Below, one piece after another: positions 49,684 through 59,919 of a stretch of DNA of 64,000 nt. The translations under genes and the position numbers were made by a program. The stretch's first letter is position 1. Each line of letters starts with the position of its first letter. This stretch comes from Macrostomum lignano (taxonomy: Eukaryota), in NCBI GenBank assembly GCA_002269645.1, contig NIVC01002727.1, positions 1 through 64,000 of the forward strand, written 5' to 3'. A model generated the notes under the pieces. It ran no database searches and was not told where the DNA came from. It was given only the letters and a program-made list of their open reading frames with translations.

Positions 49684-50240
49684 TGTGTCTGCCTGTCCTA
49701 GCCTGTGTCTGCCTGTCCCAGCCTGTGTCTGCCTGTCCCAGCCTCTGTGTCTGCCTGTCCCAGCCTCTGTGTCTGCCTGTCCCAGCCTCTGTGTCTGCCT
49801 GTCCCAGCCTCTGTGTCTGCCTGTACCAGCCTCTGTGTCTGTCTGTCCCAGCCTCTGTGTCTGCCTGTCCCAGCCTCTGTGTCTGCCTGTCCCAGCCTCT
49901 GTGTCTGCCTGTCCCAGCCTCTGTGTCTGCCTGTCCCAGCCTCTGTGTCTGCCTGTACCAGCCTCTGTGTCTGTCTGTCCCAGCCTGTGTCTGCCTGTCC
50001 CAGCCTCTGTGTCTGTGTCCCAGCCTCTGTGTCTGCCTGTCCCAGCCTCTGTGTCTGCCTGTACCAGCCTCTGTGTCTGCCTGTTCCAGCCTCTGTGTCC
50101 GCCTGTACCAGCCTTTGTGTCTGTCTGTCCCAGCCTGTGTCTGCCTGTCCCAGCCTCTGTGTCTGCCTGTACCAGCCTCTGTGTCTGTCTGTCCTAGCCT
50201 CTGTGTCCGCCTGTACCAGCCTTTGTGTCTGTCTGTCCCA
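49684..50240. repeat. 22-bp minisatellite
   Basis: Unit CAGCCTCTGTGTCTGCCTGT(C/A)C. Confidence 0.92.
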
Positions 50241-50341
50241 GCTCACATAGAAGCTTCAGCTCAAGCTCAAAGCAATCAACTCATTTTTAATAACACGTAA
50301 TCTCTGGCTGCTAAGCGGTTATTGTGCTGTAATTACTGGCA

Positions 50342-53300
50342 ATGGTAAATTCATATCTTGCTTTACTATTTTACTACTCTCAAATCATGCTTGATTAATT
50401 AGTTTGTTTGGACATTGGTTCACTCTTGCTGGGGGCAGGTGAAACTTTAATATTTCTGCATCACGCTCTCGCGTCTTCGCATTTGTCAGAGAGCGCTCTG
50501 TGCGACGCAAGATTGTAATTGATCAGCACGCGTTTGCTTGGGCTGATCAGCTATTACAATTAATAATAAGCTGTAATTAGCTTTGTTTGCTTGTTGTTTC
50601 TTCAGAAGCTGATTAGTCTTTGCTTTATTTGAATAGAAGACTGAGAATTAAGGGAAGGGCTGTGGGGTAGCGGAGCTCCATCAGAGGCTGTGTCTCCTGT
50701 GGAGTGTCTCACCTGGGATCTTAGTGTCCTACCTGGGTTCTGAGTGTCCTACCTGGGTTCTGAGTGTCCTACCTGGGATCTTAGTGTCCTACCTGGGTTC
50801 TGAGTGTCCTACCTGGGATCTTAGTGTCCTACCTGGGTTCTGAGTGTCCTACCTGGGATCTTAGTGTCCTACCTGGGTTCTGAGTGTCCTACCTGGGATC
50901 TGAGTGTCTCACCTGGTATCTGAGTGTCTTACCTAAGATGTGAGTATCCTATCAGGGATCTGACTGGCTTTGGCTGCAGTGGGGTAGCGGAGCTCCATCA
51001 GAGGCTGCAGTGGGGTAGCGGAGCTCCATCAGAGGCTGCAGTGGGGTAGCGGAGCTCCATCAGAGGCTGCAGTGGGGTAGCGGAGCTCCATCAGGGGCTG
51101 CAGTGGGGTAGCGGAGCTCCATCAGAGGCTGCAGTGGGGTAGCGGAGCTCCATCAGGGGCTGCAGTGGGGTAGCGGAGCTCCATCAGAGGCTGCAGTGGG
51201 GTAGCGGAGCTCCATCAGAGGCTGCAGTGGGGTAGCGGAGCTCCATCAGAGGCTGCAGTGGGGTAGCGGAGCTCCATCAGAGGCTGCAGTGGGGTAGCGG
51301 AGCTCCATCAGAGGCTGCAGTGGGGTAGCGGAGCTCCATCAGAGGAAATGGGGGTGGCGGCCTTGAATGAAGGCAACAGCAGCCAGAGCTGTCGTGTTTG
51401 CTGTCTGTCGCTACTCAAAGTAGTGTTATTTTGCTTCGGAACTTCCAGCCGGCCAAACCTGCAGCGTCGGGAACTCGCGGAGGTCGCGGCGGCGGAGCGG
51501 CAGCCCCCGCTGCTGCAGCCAGGGGCGCCCGGCCGGCAGCCACGCGAGGCCGCGGTGGCGCCAGCGGGGCGGCTCGAGGCGGCGGCGGCAGCAGAGGCGG
51601 CACCGCAGCAAAGCAGCCGCAGAAGGCGAAGCCGCAGCCGGCGAAGTCCGTCGCAGATCCGCGCCAGTCGAAGGCGGCCCTGACCATTCAGTGCTGGTAC
51701 CGCCGCCTCCTCGCGGCTCGCAAGCTGGCAGCCCTGCGCGCTGCTCGCCAAGACTACGAGAGGCAGATGGAGCGGCTGGAAAAGGAGGCCTTCGTGGCGG
51801 TGGTTCGGATGCAGCAGGCCGCGGCCGAGCGCCAGCGGGCCAAGGAGGAGGAGGAGAGAAAGCGGCGGGCCGAGCAGCTGCGCCGGCGGAAGCGGATGCT
51901 GGAGGCCGCCTTCAACGGCGAGACGGAGGAGATGGAGAGCCTGCTGCGGGAGGTTCGCCGGGTTTGTGGGTTGTCGGGGTGTCCGGGATCTGAGTGCCTT
52001 GCCTGGAGATCTGTCTGTGGACATCCATGTGTCTCTGGGCATCCATGTGTCTCACTTGGACATTCATGTGTCTCTGGACATCTATGTGTCTCTGGACATC
52101 CATGTGTCTCACCTAAACATCCATGTGTCTCTGGACATCCATGTGTCTCTGGACATCCATGTGTCTCTGGACATCCATGTGTCTCTGGACATCCATGTGT
52201 CTCTGGACATCCATGTGTCTCACCTAAACATCCATGTGTCTCTGGACATCCATGTGTCTCACCTAAACAAAACATCCATGTGTCTCTGGACATCCATGTG
52301 TCTCACCTAAACATCCATGTGTCTCTGGACATCCATGTGTCTCACCTAAACATCCATGTGTCTCACCTAAATATCCATGTGTCTCACTTGGACATCCATG
52401 TGTCTCTGTACATCCATGTGTCTCTGGACATCCATGTGTCTCACTTGGACATCCATGTGTCTCTGGACATCCATGTGTCTCACTTGGACATCCATGTGTC
52501 TCTGGACATCCATGTGTCTCACCTAAACATCCATTCGTCTCCTCTAGGCGTCCACGTGTCTCTGGACATCCTTGTGTCTCACCTGGACATCATGTGTCTC
52601 ACCCCACACAATTCCCACTCTAATTCCACAGCAAGAGTCCCTGGACTCCCAGGCCGGCCTGTCACGTGACGACCCGATCGGCCGGGCGCTGCGCAACCGG
52701 CACCAACTGGAGCTGCTGGACTGCGAAGACGCCAACGGCAATTCGCCGCTCTCCGAGGCCGCCAGCGGAGGCGACCCCGAGTCTGTCGGCTTCCTGCTGC
52801 AGCGGGGCGCCGACCCCAACAGGCGCGGCCAGTTTGGCCGGACGCCTCTGTACCGGGCCTCCTTCGCTGGGCACCTGGCCGCCTGCGAGCAGCTGCTCGG
52901 CGCTGGTGCCGATCCCAGGATCTACGCTGAGGATGCCCAGACCGCCAGGGACGTGGCCGCGATTAAAGAAGTTAGGTGAGACTGCTGAGTATCTTACCTG
53001 GGATCTGGAGACTTACTTGAGATCTGAGTGTCTTCTCTGGGATCTAAGAGTCTTACTTGAGATCTGAGTGTCTTACCTGGGATCTGAGTGTTCTACCTGG
53101 GATCTGAGTGTTCTACCTGGGATCTGAGTGTTCTACCTGGGATCTGAGTGTCTTACTTGAGATCTGAGTGTCTCATCTGGGATCTGAGTGTCTTACCTGG
53201 GATCTGAGTGTCTTACCTGGGATCTGAGTGTCTTACTTGAGATCTGAGTGTCTCACCTGGGATCTTAGTGTCTTACCTAGGATGTGAGTGTCTCACCTGG

Positions 53301-56300
53301 GATCCGAGTGTGTTACTTGAGATCTGAGTGTTTCACCTGGGATCTGAGTGATTTACTTGAGATCTGAGTGTCTTACTTGAGATCTGAGTACTCTTACCTG
53401 GGATCTGAGAGTCTTACTTGAGATCTGAGTGTCTTACCTGGGATCTGAGAGTCTTACTTAAGATCTGAGTGTCTTACCTGGTATCTAAATGTCCCAATGT
53501 CCTAAGATCTAAGTAGCTTGTCCGGGATCTGAGTGTCGTATCTGGGAGATTTCATTTGGCTAAAAAATCTTAACCTTTAAGAATTGGTTCGATTTAAAAA
53601 TCGCACTCTTCAGCCCCCCGCGCAGGAAACATCTCTTATAACATTAACATTGGCTGTAAATTCGGTCACAGTCGTGACTCCTACTCTTGCCCAAATTTGG
53701 CGTTTCTGCTTGATATTAAAGAAAAGTTGGCTAATTTATTCCTAGGCCAAAGGAAGCGCTAAGTTTCGGATGCAAATTCATTGTACGGTTCACCTTTTAT
53801 AAACACTCGGCTTACCAATCCAGCCAGAATAAGCAATCGAGATAAAAAATAACGATAAACGCTGTTTAGTCTACTTATTATAGGACTTTCACTATAGTAG
53901 TATAGTAAAAATACCTGTTTTTAAAAACCGCAGAGAACTGCTAGATTCGTGGGACATCGGCCAGACAGATCAACTGCTCGGCAAAATCGAGAAGGCGAAG
54001 GCAGCCCGCCGCCAGGAGGAGCGAAAACGGCAGGAGGCCGAGATGGCCTCGCTGGACGCTCAGGTGGAAGCCGCCGAGCGGGAATCGGCGACCGCCGAGC
54101 TGCGACTTCGCCAGGCCCATTGCGATTTAGAGAAGCGAATTCACGAGCACGATTTGGCGGCGGGCGAGGGCCGCACCGACGTTGCCCCGGCAACCCTGGC
54201 GTCCGTGCACGACGCCGAGGCCGAGTTGGAGCTGGCCAAGGCCGGACAGGAGCGGGCCAGGGATCGGCTGTCCATGCTGCGGCTGCAACGACGGGAAAAA
54301 GCGGCAGAAAGTAAATTGATTTTATTGCCGATATGTATCGAAAAATATCTTTTTAGCCTAGAGTGAATATCTAGCTAAATATTTTATTTCTTTGTTAGCC
54401 GATATGTATCGAAAAATTGTTTGCTAACGAGCTTACAGTAGTTTGTTTTTAGCCAAAATGCATCGGAAAAACCTTACATAAAAATTAAGCTCTGTACAGT
54501 CTTCTACGCTACATATCGGCTGGAAATCAAATTCGAAAATTTGATTCGAAATCGGCTGGAAATCAAATTCGAATTAGCTTGCAGTAGTGATTTGTAGCCA
54601 ATTAAATTGTTGTGTTATCACTTGAAAAAGTAACATTTTCAGTTTTTTCTTAGTAACCGGCTTGTATCTACGAGCAGTTTGGTGACACATTAGAATGTAA
54701 ATTCTAATTCGAAGGATTACCAAATCCAATGCCTGTTTATCCCATTATTTCGCCGTCACAGACCAGGAAGGCAAGTCGGCTGGCGACGAGTCTCGTCCAG
54801 GCATTCGGGCCAACGTCCGCGAGCTCGACGACATCCTGCTGCGGGATGTGGGCAACCGGATCCAGGATAGCAACCGCTGGCCTCTGCTGGTGGACCCCAG
54901 CGGCATGGCCTGCACCTTCCTGCGCTACAGGGACACCAACTATGCCAACGCGCTCAACCCTGCCGACATGGAGGTCAACAAGCTGCGGATGGCCGTCATG
55001 GGCGCCCTGCGGTCAGTGCAGATTCTTAGTGCTTCCCGAATGCTCCGGCTGGGCCACCCTCCCAGGTCCCCTCCTAGTTTCCCTGCTGGGCACCCTCTCA
55101 GACCCTATGACCCTCTAGAATCACCAGTCCCTTGACATCCTCAGTCCTTTTTGTATCCACAGGGCCTTCCAGATCCTCAGGCCCTCCCAGATTCCTAGGC
55201 CCTCCCAGATCCCAGGGCCCTCCCAGATCCTCAGGCCTTTTTGAATCCCCAGGCCCTCCCAGATCCTCAGGCCTTTTTGAATCCCCAGGCCCTCCCAGAT
55301 CCTCAGGCCCTCCCAGATCCTCAGGCCTTTTTGAATCCCCAGGCCCTCCCAGATCCTCAGGCCCTCCCAGATCCTCAGGCCATCCCAGATCCTCAGGCCC
55401 TCCCAGATCCCCAGAGCCTTTCAAATCCCCAGACCCTCCCAGATCCCCAGGCCCTCCCAGATCCCCAGGCCCTCCCAGATCCCCAGTCCCTCCCAGATCC
55501 CCAGTCCCTTAACATCCTCAGTCCTTTTTGAGTCGCCCAAATCCCCAGTCCCTTAACATCCTCAGTCCTTTTTGAGTCCCCAGCCCTCCCAGATCCTCAG
55601 ACCCTTCCAGATCCCCAGGCCCTCCCAGATCCTCAGACCCTTCCAGATCACTAGGCCCTCCCAGATCCCCAGGCCCTTCCAGATCCCCAGGCCCTCCCAG
55701 ATCCTCAGGCCCTCCCAGATCCTCAGGCCCTCCCAGATCCTCAGGCCCTCCCAGATCCTCAGGCCCTTCCAGATTCCCAGGCCCTCGCAGATCCCTAGGA
55801 GCTCCCAGATCCCCAACGCTCCCAGATCCTCAGGCCCTCCCAGATCACCAGGCCCTTCCAGATTCCCAGGCCCTCGCAGATCCCTAGGAGCTCCCAGATC
55901 CCCAACGCTCCCAGATCCTCAGGCCCTCCTAGACCCTACAGCTAGGACGGCCACCGCTGCCCCTTGAAGTTGAACAATCGCGCCCTTAACTCCATAAATT
56001 CCCTCGCTACATGCAGTTTCGGCAAGCCGTTCGTGCTGGACCTGATGGACCTGGACCACCTGCTGGACTCCTCTTGCGCTGTTCGATTCGGGGAAATCTG
56101 CCCGAATCTCCTGCAGATGCTGATCGACAAGTCCATTCTGAAGGATGCAAAGTGAGTGCCAGAATTCAGTGCTGGGCATCTCCATTGTAATGGGCTATTT
56201 TCCTTTAAATACCCTGATTGACCTTTGATGACGGATCTCCAGTTAAACCTTGGATCTCCTGTTGACCTTGGATCTCCTGTTGACCTTGGATCTCTTGTTG

Positions 56301-56632
56301 ACCTTGGATCTCCTGTTGACCTTGGATCTCCTGTTGACCTTGGATCTCCTGTTGACCTTGACCCCCTGCAGACCTTGACCCCCTGCTGACCTTGACCCCC
56401 TGCTGACCTTGACCCCCGCAGCATTTCTGAACTTAGCATACTGAAATTCATTTCAATCGGCTTCTCTTTCAGCTGGCGGCGCCTCGTCAGACCCGGCGAC
56501 AGCGCCGAGTACGGTGAGAACAGGGCCTGGCGCCTGGAGCACTTCCGGTTCATGGTGGTCACTAAGAACAGCTTGCCGGACCCGAAGTATCTGGACCAGT
56601 TCCTGCCCGTGTGGGTGGTGTCTCCGAGCTGA
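50342..56632 (+). CDS. IQANK1: IQ motif and ankyrin repeat domain-containing protein (IQANK1-like); exons 50342-50344 (inferred ATG only), 51449-51952, 52632-52975, 53934-54310, 54762-55011, 56017-56151, 56473-56632
   Basis: IQ motif AALTIQCWYRRLLAARK, then coiled coil, then ankyrin repeats (DANGNSPLSEAASGG, GQFGRTPLYRASFAGH). C-terminal WPLLVDPSG...FLRYRDTNY...GALRFGKPFVLD. All junctions are GT-AG and phase-compatible. The first exon is tentative, as is the exon-2 donor (51953 vs 51962). Confidence 0.85.
50700..51345. repeat. IQANK1 intron 1: 20-bp array followed by 31-bp array
   Basis: GAGTGTCCTACCTGGG(A/T)TCT at about 50700-50960, then GGCTGCAGTGGGGTAGCGGAGCTCCATCAGA, about 12 copies. Confidence 0.9.
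52015..52605. repeat. IQANK1 intron 2: 18/21-bp minisatellite
   Basis: GGACATCCATGTGTCTCT and AAACATCCATGTGTCTCACCT units. Confidence 0.9.
52980..53545. repeat. IQANK1 intron 3: 20-bp minisatellite
   Basis: Unit GAGTGTCTTACCTGGGATCT, the same family as the intron-1 array. Confidence 0.9.
55135..55930. repeat. IQANK1 intron 5: 18-bp minisatellite
   Basis: Unit CAGGCCCTCCCAGATCC(T/C). Confidence 0.9.
56250..56415. repeat. IQANK1 intron 6: 18-bp and 17-bp short arrays
   Basis: GTTGACCTTGGATCTCCT, then GACCTTGACCCCCTGCT. Confidence 0.85.
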
Positions 56633-57019
56633 TTTTATTGGCATTTCATGCCGTTCTGAAGTTGCTCATGGTTTCAATTCCAACTGCACTACTTACTCAT
56701 TTCGCATGCTAGTAGTATGTATAGTAGCGAATCTCCTAATATTTATTTGCTGCAAGTGCCTGTCGTAGATTTTTCATATCACCAATTTCACTACTTAAAG
56801 TAGCCAGTTTGTGATTGTATTTTTTATTATTCTATATTTTTTAAACTTAATCTACAAATTTTAATCTTTGTATTGAGCACCTTGCCCCATGAACTCATCA
56901 TTCGGTATACGAGTAAGTTCCGACCGTCCATTTTCCGTCTGTCTTCAAAAATCCTTAAATAAAGCAAATATTTTATTGTTTTTTTTCTATTTCACGTTTT
57001 CGTCATTCTTGAGAATCTT

Positions 57020-57900
57020 TGAACAGCGGCGGATTTTGAGAATCTTTGAACAGGGCGGATTTTGAGAGTCTTTGAACAGGGGCGGATTTTGAGAGTCTTT
57101 GAACAGGGGCGGATTTTGAGAGTCTTTGAACAGGGGCGGATTTTGAGAGTCTTTGAACAGGGGCGGATTTTGAGAATCTTTGAACAGGGGCGGATTTTGA
57201 GAATCTTTGAACAGGGGCGGATTTTGAGAATCTTTGAACAGGGGCGGATTTTGAGAATCTTTGAACAGGGGCGGATTTTGAGAGTCTTTGAACAGGGGCG
57301 GATTTTGAGAGTCTTTGAACAGGGGCAGATTTTGAGAGTCTTTGAACAGGGGCGGATTTTGAGAGTCTTTGAACAGGGGCGGATTTTGAGAGTCTTTGAA
57401 CAGGGGCGGATTTTGAGAGTCTTTGAACAGGGGCGGATTTTGAGAATCTTTGAACAGGGGCGGATTTTTAGAATCTTTGAACAGGGGCGGATTTTGAGAG
57501 TCTTTGAACAGGGGCGGATTTTGAGAGTCTTTGAACAGGGGCGGATTTTGAGAGTCTTTGAACAGGGGCGGATTTTGAGAGTCTTTGAACAGGGGCGGAT
57601 TTTGAGAACCTTTGAACAGGGGCGGATTTTGAGAGTCCTTGAACAGGGGCGGATTTTGAGAGTCTTTGAACAGGGGCGGATTTTGAGAGTCTTTGAACAG
57701 GGGCGGATTTTGAGAGTCTTTGAACAGGGGCGGATTTTGAGAGTCTTTGAACAGGGGCAGATTTTGAGAGTCTTTGAACAGGGGCGGATTTTGAGAGTCT
57801 TTGAACAGGGGCGGATTTTGAGAGTCTTTGAACAGGGGCAGATTTTGAGAGTCTTTGAACAGGGGCGGATTTTGAGAGTCTTTGAACAGGGGCGGATTTT
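57020..57900 (+). repeat. 27-bp satellite, about 33 homogeneous copies
   Basis: Unit TTGAACAGGGGCGGATTTTGAGA(G/A)TCT. Confidence 0.95.
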
Positions 57901-57970
57901 GTATCTTATGAAATCCATAACTTTTATTTTAATTTTCATGAGCAGCCTTTCTCTCTGAGACTCATCAGCC

Positions 57971-59213
57971 ATGCCACCAGCTCCCGCTGCATCTCCCACT
58001 CAGCCGCAGCCTCCCGGCCGCATCGCCTGGTTCGTGCTGCTGCAGGCCAGCATCCAGGCCTGGCTGCGGCCCGCCATCTGGTGCCCGCTGCTCAATCGGG
58101 TGCACAGCTACAGAGAGGTCTGGCGGACCGGCGAGTCCGAGGCTGCCGAGCTGGTGGACTCCGTGGTGAGAGGCGACTGGCGCTCAGCTTCCTATTAGCA
58201 AAGTTTTCTAAAATATCGAAATCCGCCCCTTTCAAGGCTACTCCAAATCCGCCCCCTTCAGGGTACTCAAAATCCGCCCCTTCCAAGGCTACTCAAAATC
58301 CGCCCCCTTTCAATGCTACTCAAAATCCGCCCACTTCGAGGCAACTCGAAATGCCCCCCTTTAAGGGCTACTCAAAATCCGCCCCCTTCCAAGGCTACTC
58401 AAAATCCGCCCCTTTCAAGGCTACTCCAAATCTGCCCCCTTCAGGGTACTCCAAATCCGCCCCCTTCAAGGCTACTCCAAACCCGCCCCTTATAAGGCTA
58501 CTCAAAATCCGCCCCCTTCCAAGGCTACTCAAAATCCGCCCCCTTCCAAGGCTACTCAAAATCCGCCCCCTCAGAGGTTACTCACAATCCGCCCCCTGCA
58601 AGGCTAATCAAAATCCGCCCCTCCGAGGCTCTCAAAATCCCTCCTTTCCAAGGCTACTCAAAATCCCTCCTTTCCAAGGCTACTCAAAATCCCTCCTTTC
58701 CAAGGCTACTCAAAATCCCTCCTTTCCAAGGCTACTCAAAATCCCTCCTTTCCAAGGCTACTCAAAATCCGCCCTCTCCAAGGCTACTCAAAATCCGCCC
58801 CTCCAAATCTGCCAAAATTCTCAAATATTAAAAAATTCTATTAAAAACGCCACCTTCAGGTAAAGACTGTAAACCGGTTCAACCGAGACAAGCACCTCAA
58901 CTGTGATTGGCTGATCGGCTCGGCCAATCGCGAAGCTGGCCAGGTCACCGTGCTGAACCTCACTGCCCGCTGCCGCTGGCTGGACATCATTGTCATCGAC
59001 CTGCGCCGGGGCTCCGCCACGGCCACCTCCACCGGCCTTCTGCCTCTGCTGCTGCCGCTGGCCCCGCTGCTCAACCTGCTGGCCTTTGCCTTCCCGTTCT
59101 CCGATCTGGTCACCAACTCGAAGCGACTGGCCTCGCTGAGACAGGCTCTGGACGCTCCGGTGAAGGACTGGTCTGTTGGTTCAGCCGACTGGTTCCAGGC
59201 GCTGTTCTACTGA
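57971..59213 (+). CDS. Unidentified protein; exons 57971-58165 and 58860-59213, about 182 aa, with a hydrophobic Leu-rich segment
   Basis: GC-rich exons. The GTGAGA donor at 58166 and the TTCAG acceptor at 58859 join in phase 0 (ELVDSV/VKTVNRF). Confidence 0.55.
58219..58805 (-). repeat. Diverged inverted copy of the 27-bp satellite, inside the intron
   Basis: Unit GGCTACTCAAAATCCGCCCCCTTCCAA resembles the reverse complement (AGACTCTCAAAATCCGCCCCTGTTCAA) of the 57020-57900 unit. Confidence 0.85.
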
Positions 59214-59919
59214 CCTTGATTGTTACTGTAACGGGGGAGATTTTATTACTGAAAACTCTTTTATACTTTTATTCCATTTATTGATTTTATAATTGCGCTT
59301 CCAGAATTAAATAATAGACCTGTGATGCTTTAGATTTGACTTGTAGAAATTTTGACATTCTTTTAGTTGTTTTTCACGTGGATCACCCCAATGATGACAT
59401 TAAATCGCTTTTGAGAATAGGCTTTGATCGCTTGGAATCACTTCAATTCGTCTATCAAAATGGCATTAATCACCCCTCAGAATGGCCCTAAATCACTCTC
59501 AGAATCGCCTCAAATCGCCCCTCAGTGTCACTTTAAATCACCCCTCAGAATGGCCCTAAATCACTCCCAGAATCGCCTCGAATCGCCCCTCAAAATGGCC
59601 CTAAATCGCTACTCTTGATCACACCTCATAATCGCCCTAAATCACCTGTCAGAACCGCCTCAAATCGCCCCTTAGAATCGCCTTAAATCGCCCCTCAGTA
59701 TCGCCTTAAATCCCCTAGAAGCGGTCTCGCATCGCCCCCGAAATCTGCCAAAACTCTCCTAAACACCCAGTCTTAAGCTCCAAGCTTTACCAATGCCGTG
59801 CATACTACTGAAGTAGTGCATCGCGCTAATTTCCTATTAACTTTCTTCCAATTGCAGCCGCAGTCGCAGGTTCCCTCCCCTCAGACTCGCCGCCTCATCA
59901 ACAATCTCCTCATCGCCGC

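Noticed and set aside
51953-52669. C-terminal half of the 423-aa ORF 51398-52669 (GHPCVS/LDIHVS repeats)
   Set aside because: It is intron 2 of the IQANK1-like gene. Splicing restores continuity with the ankyrin exon.
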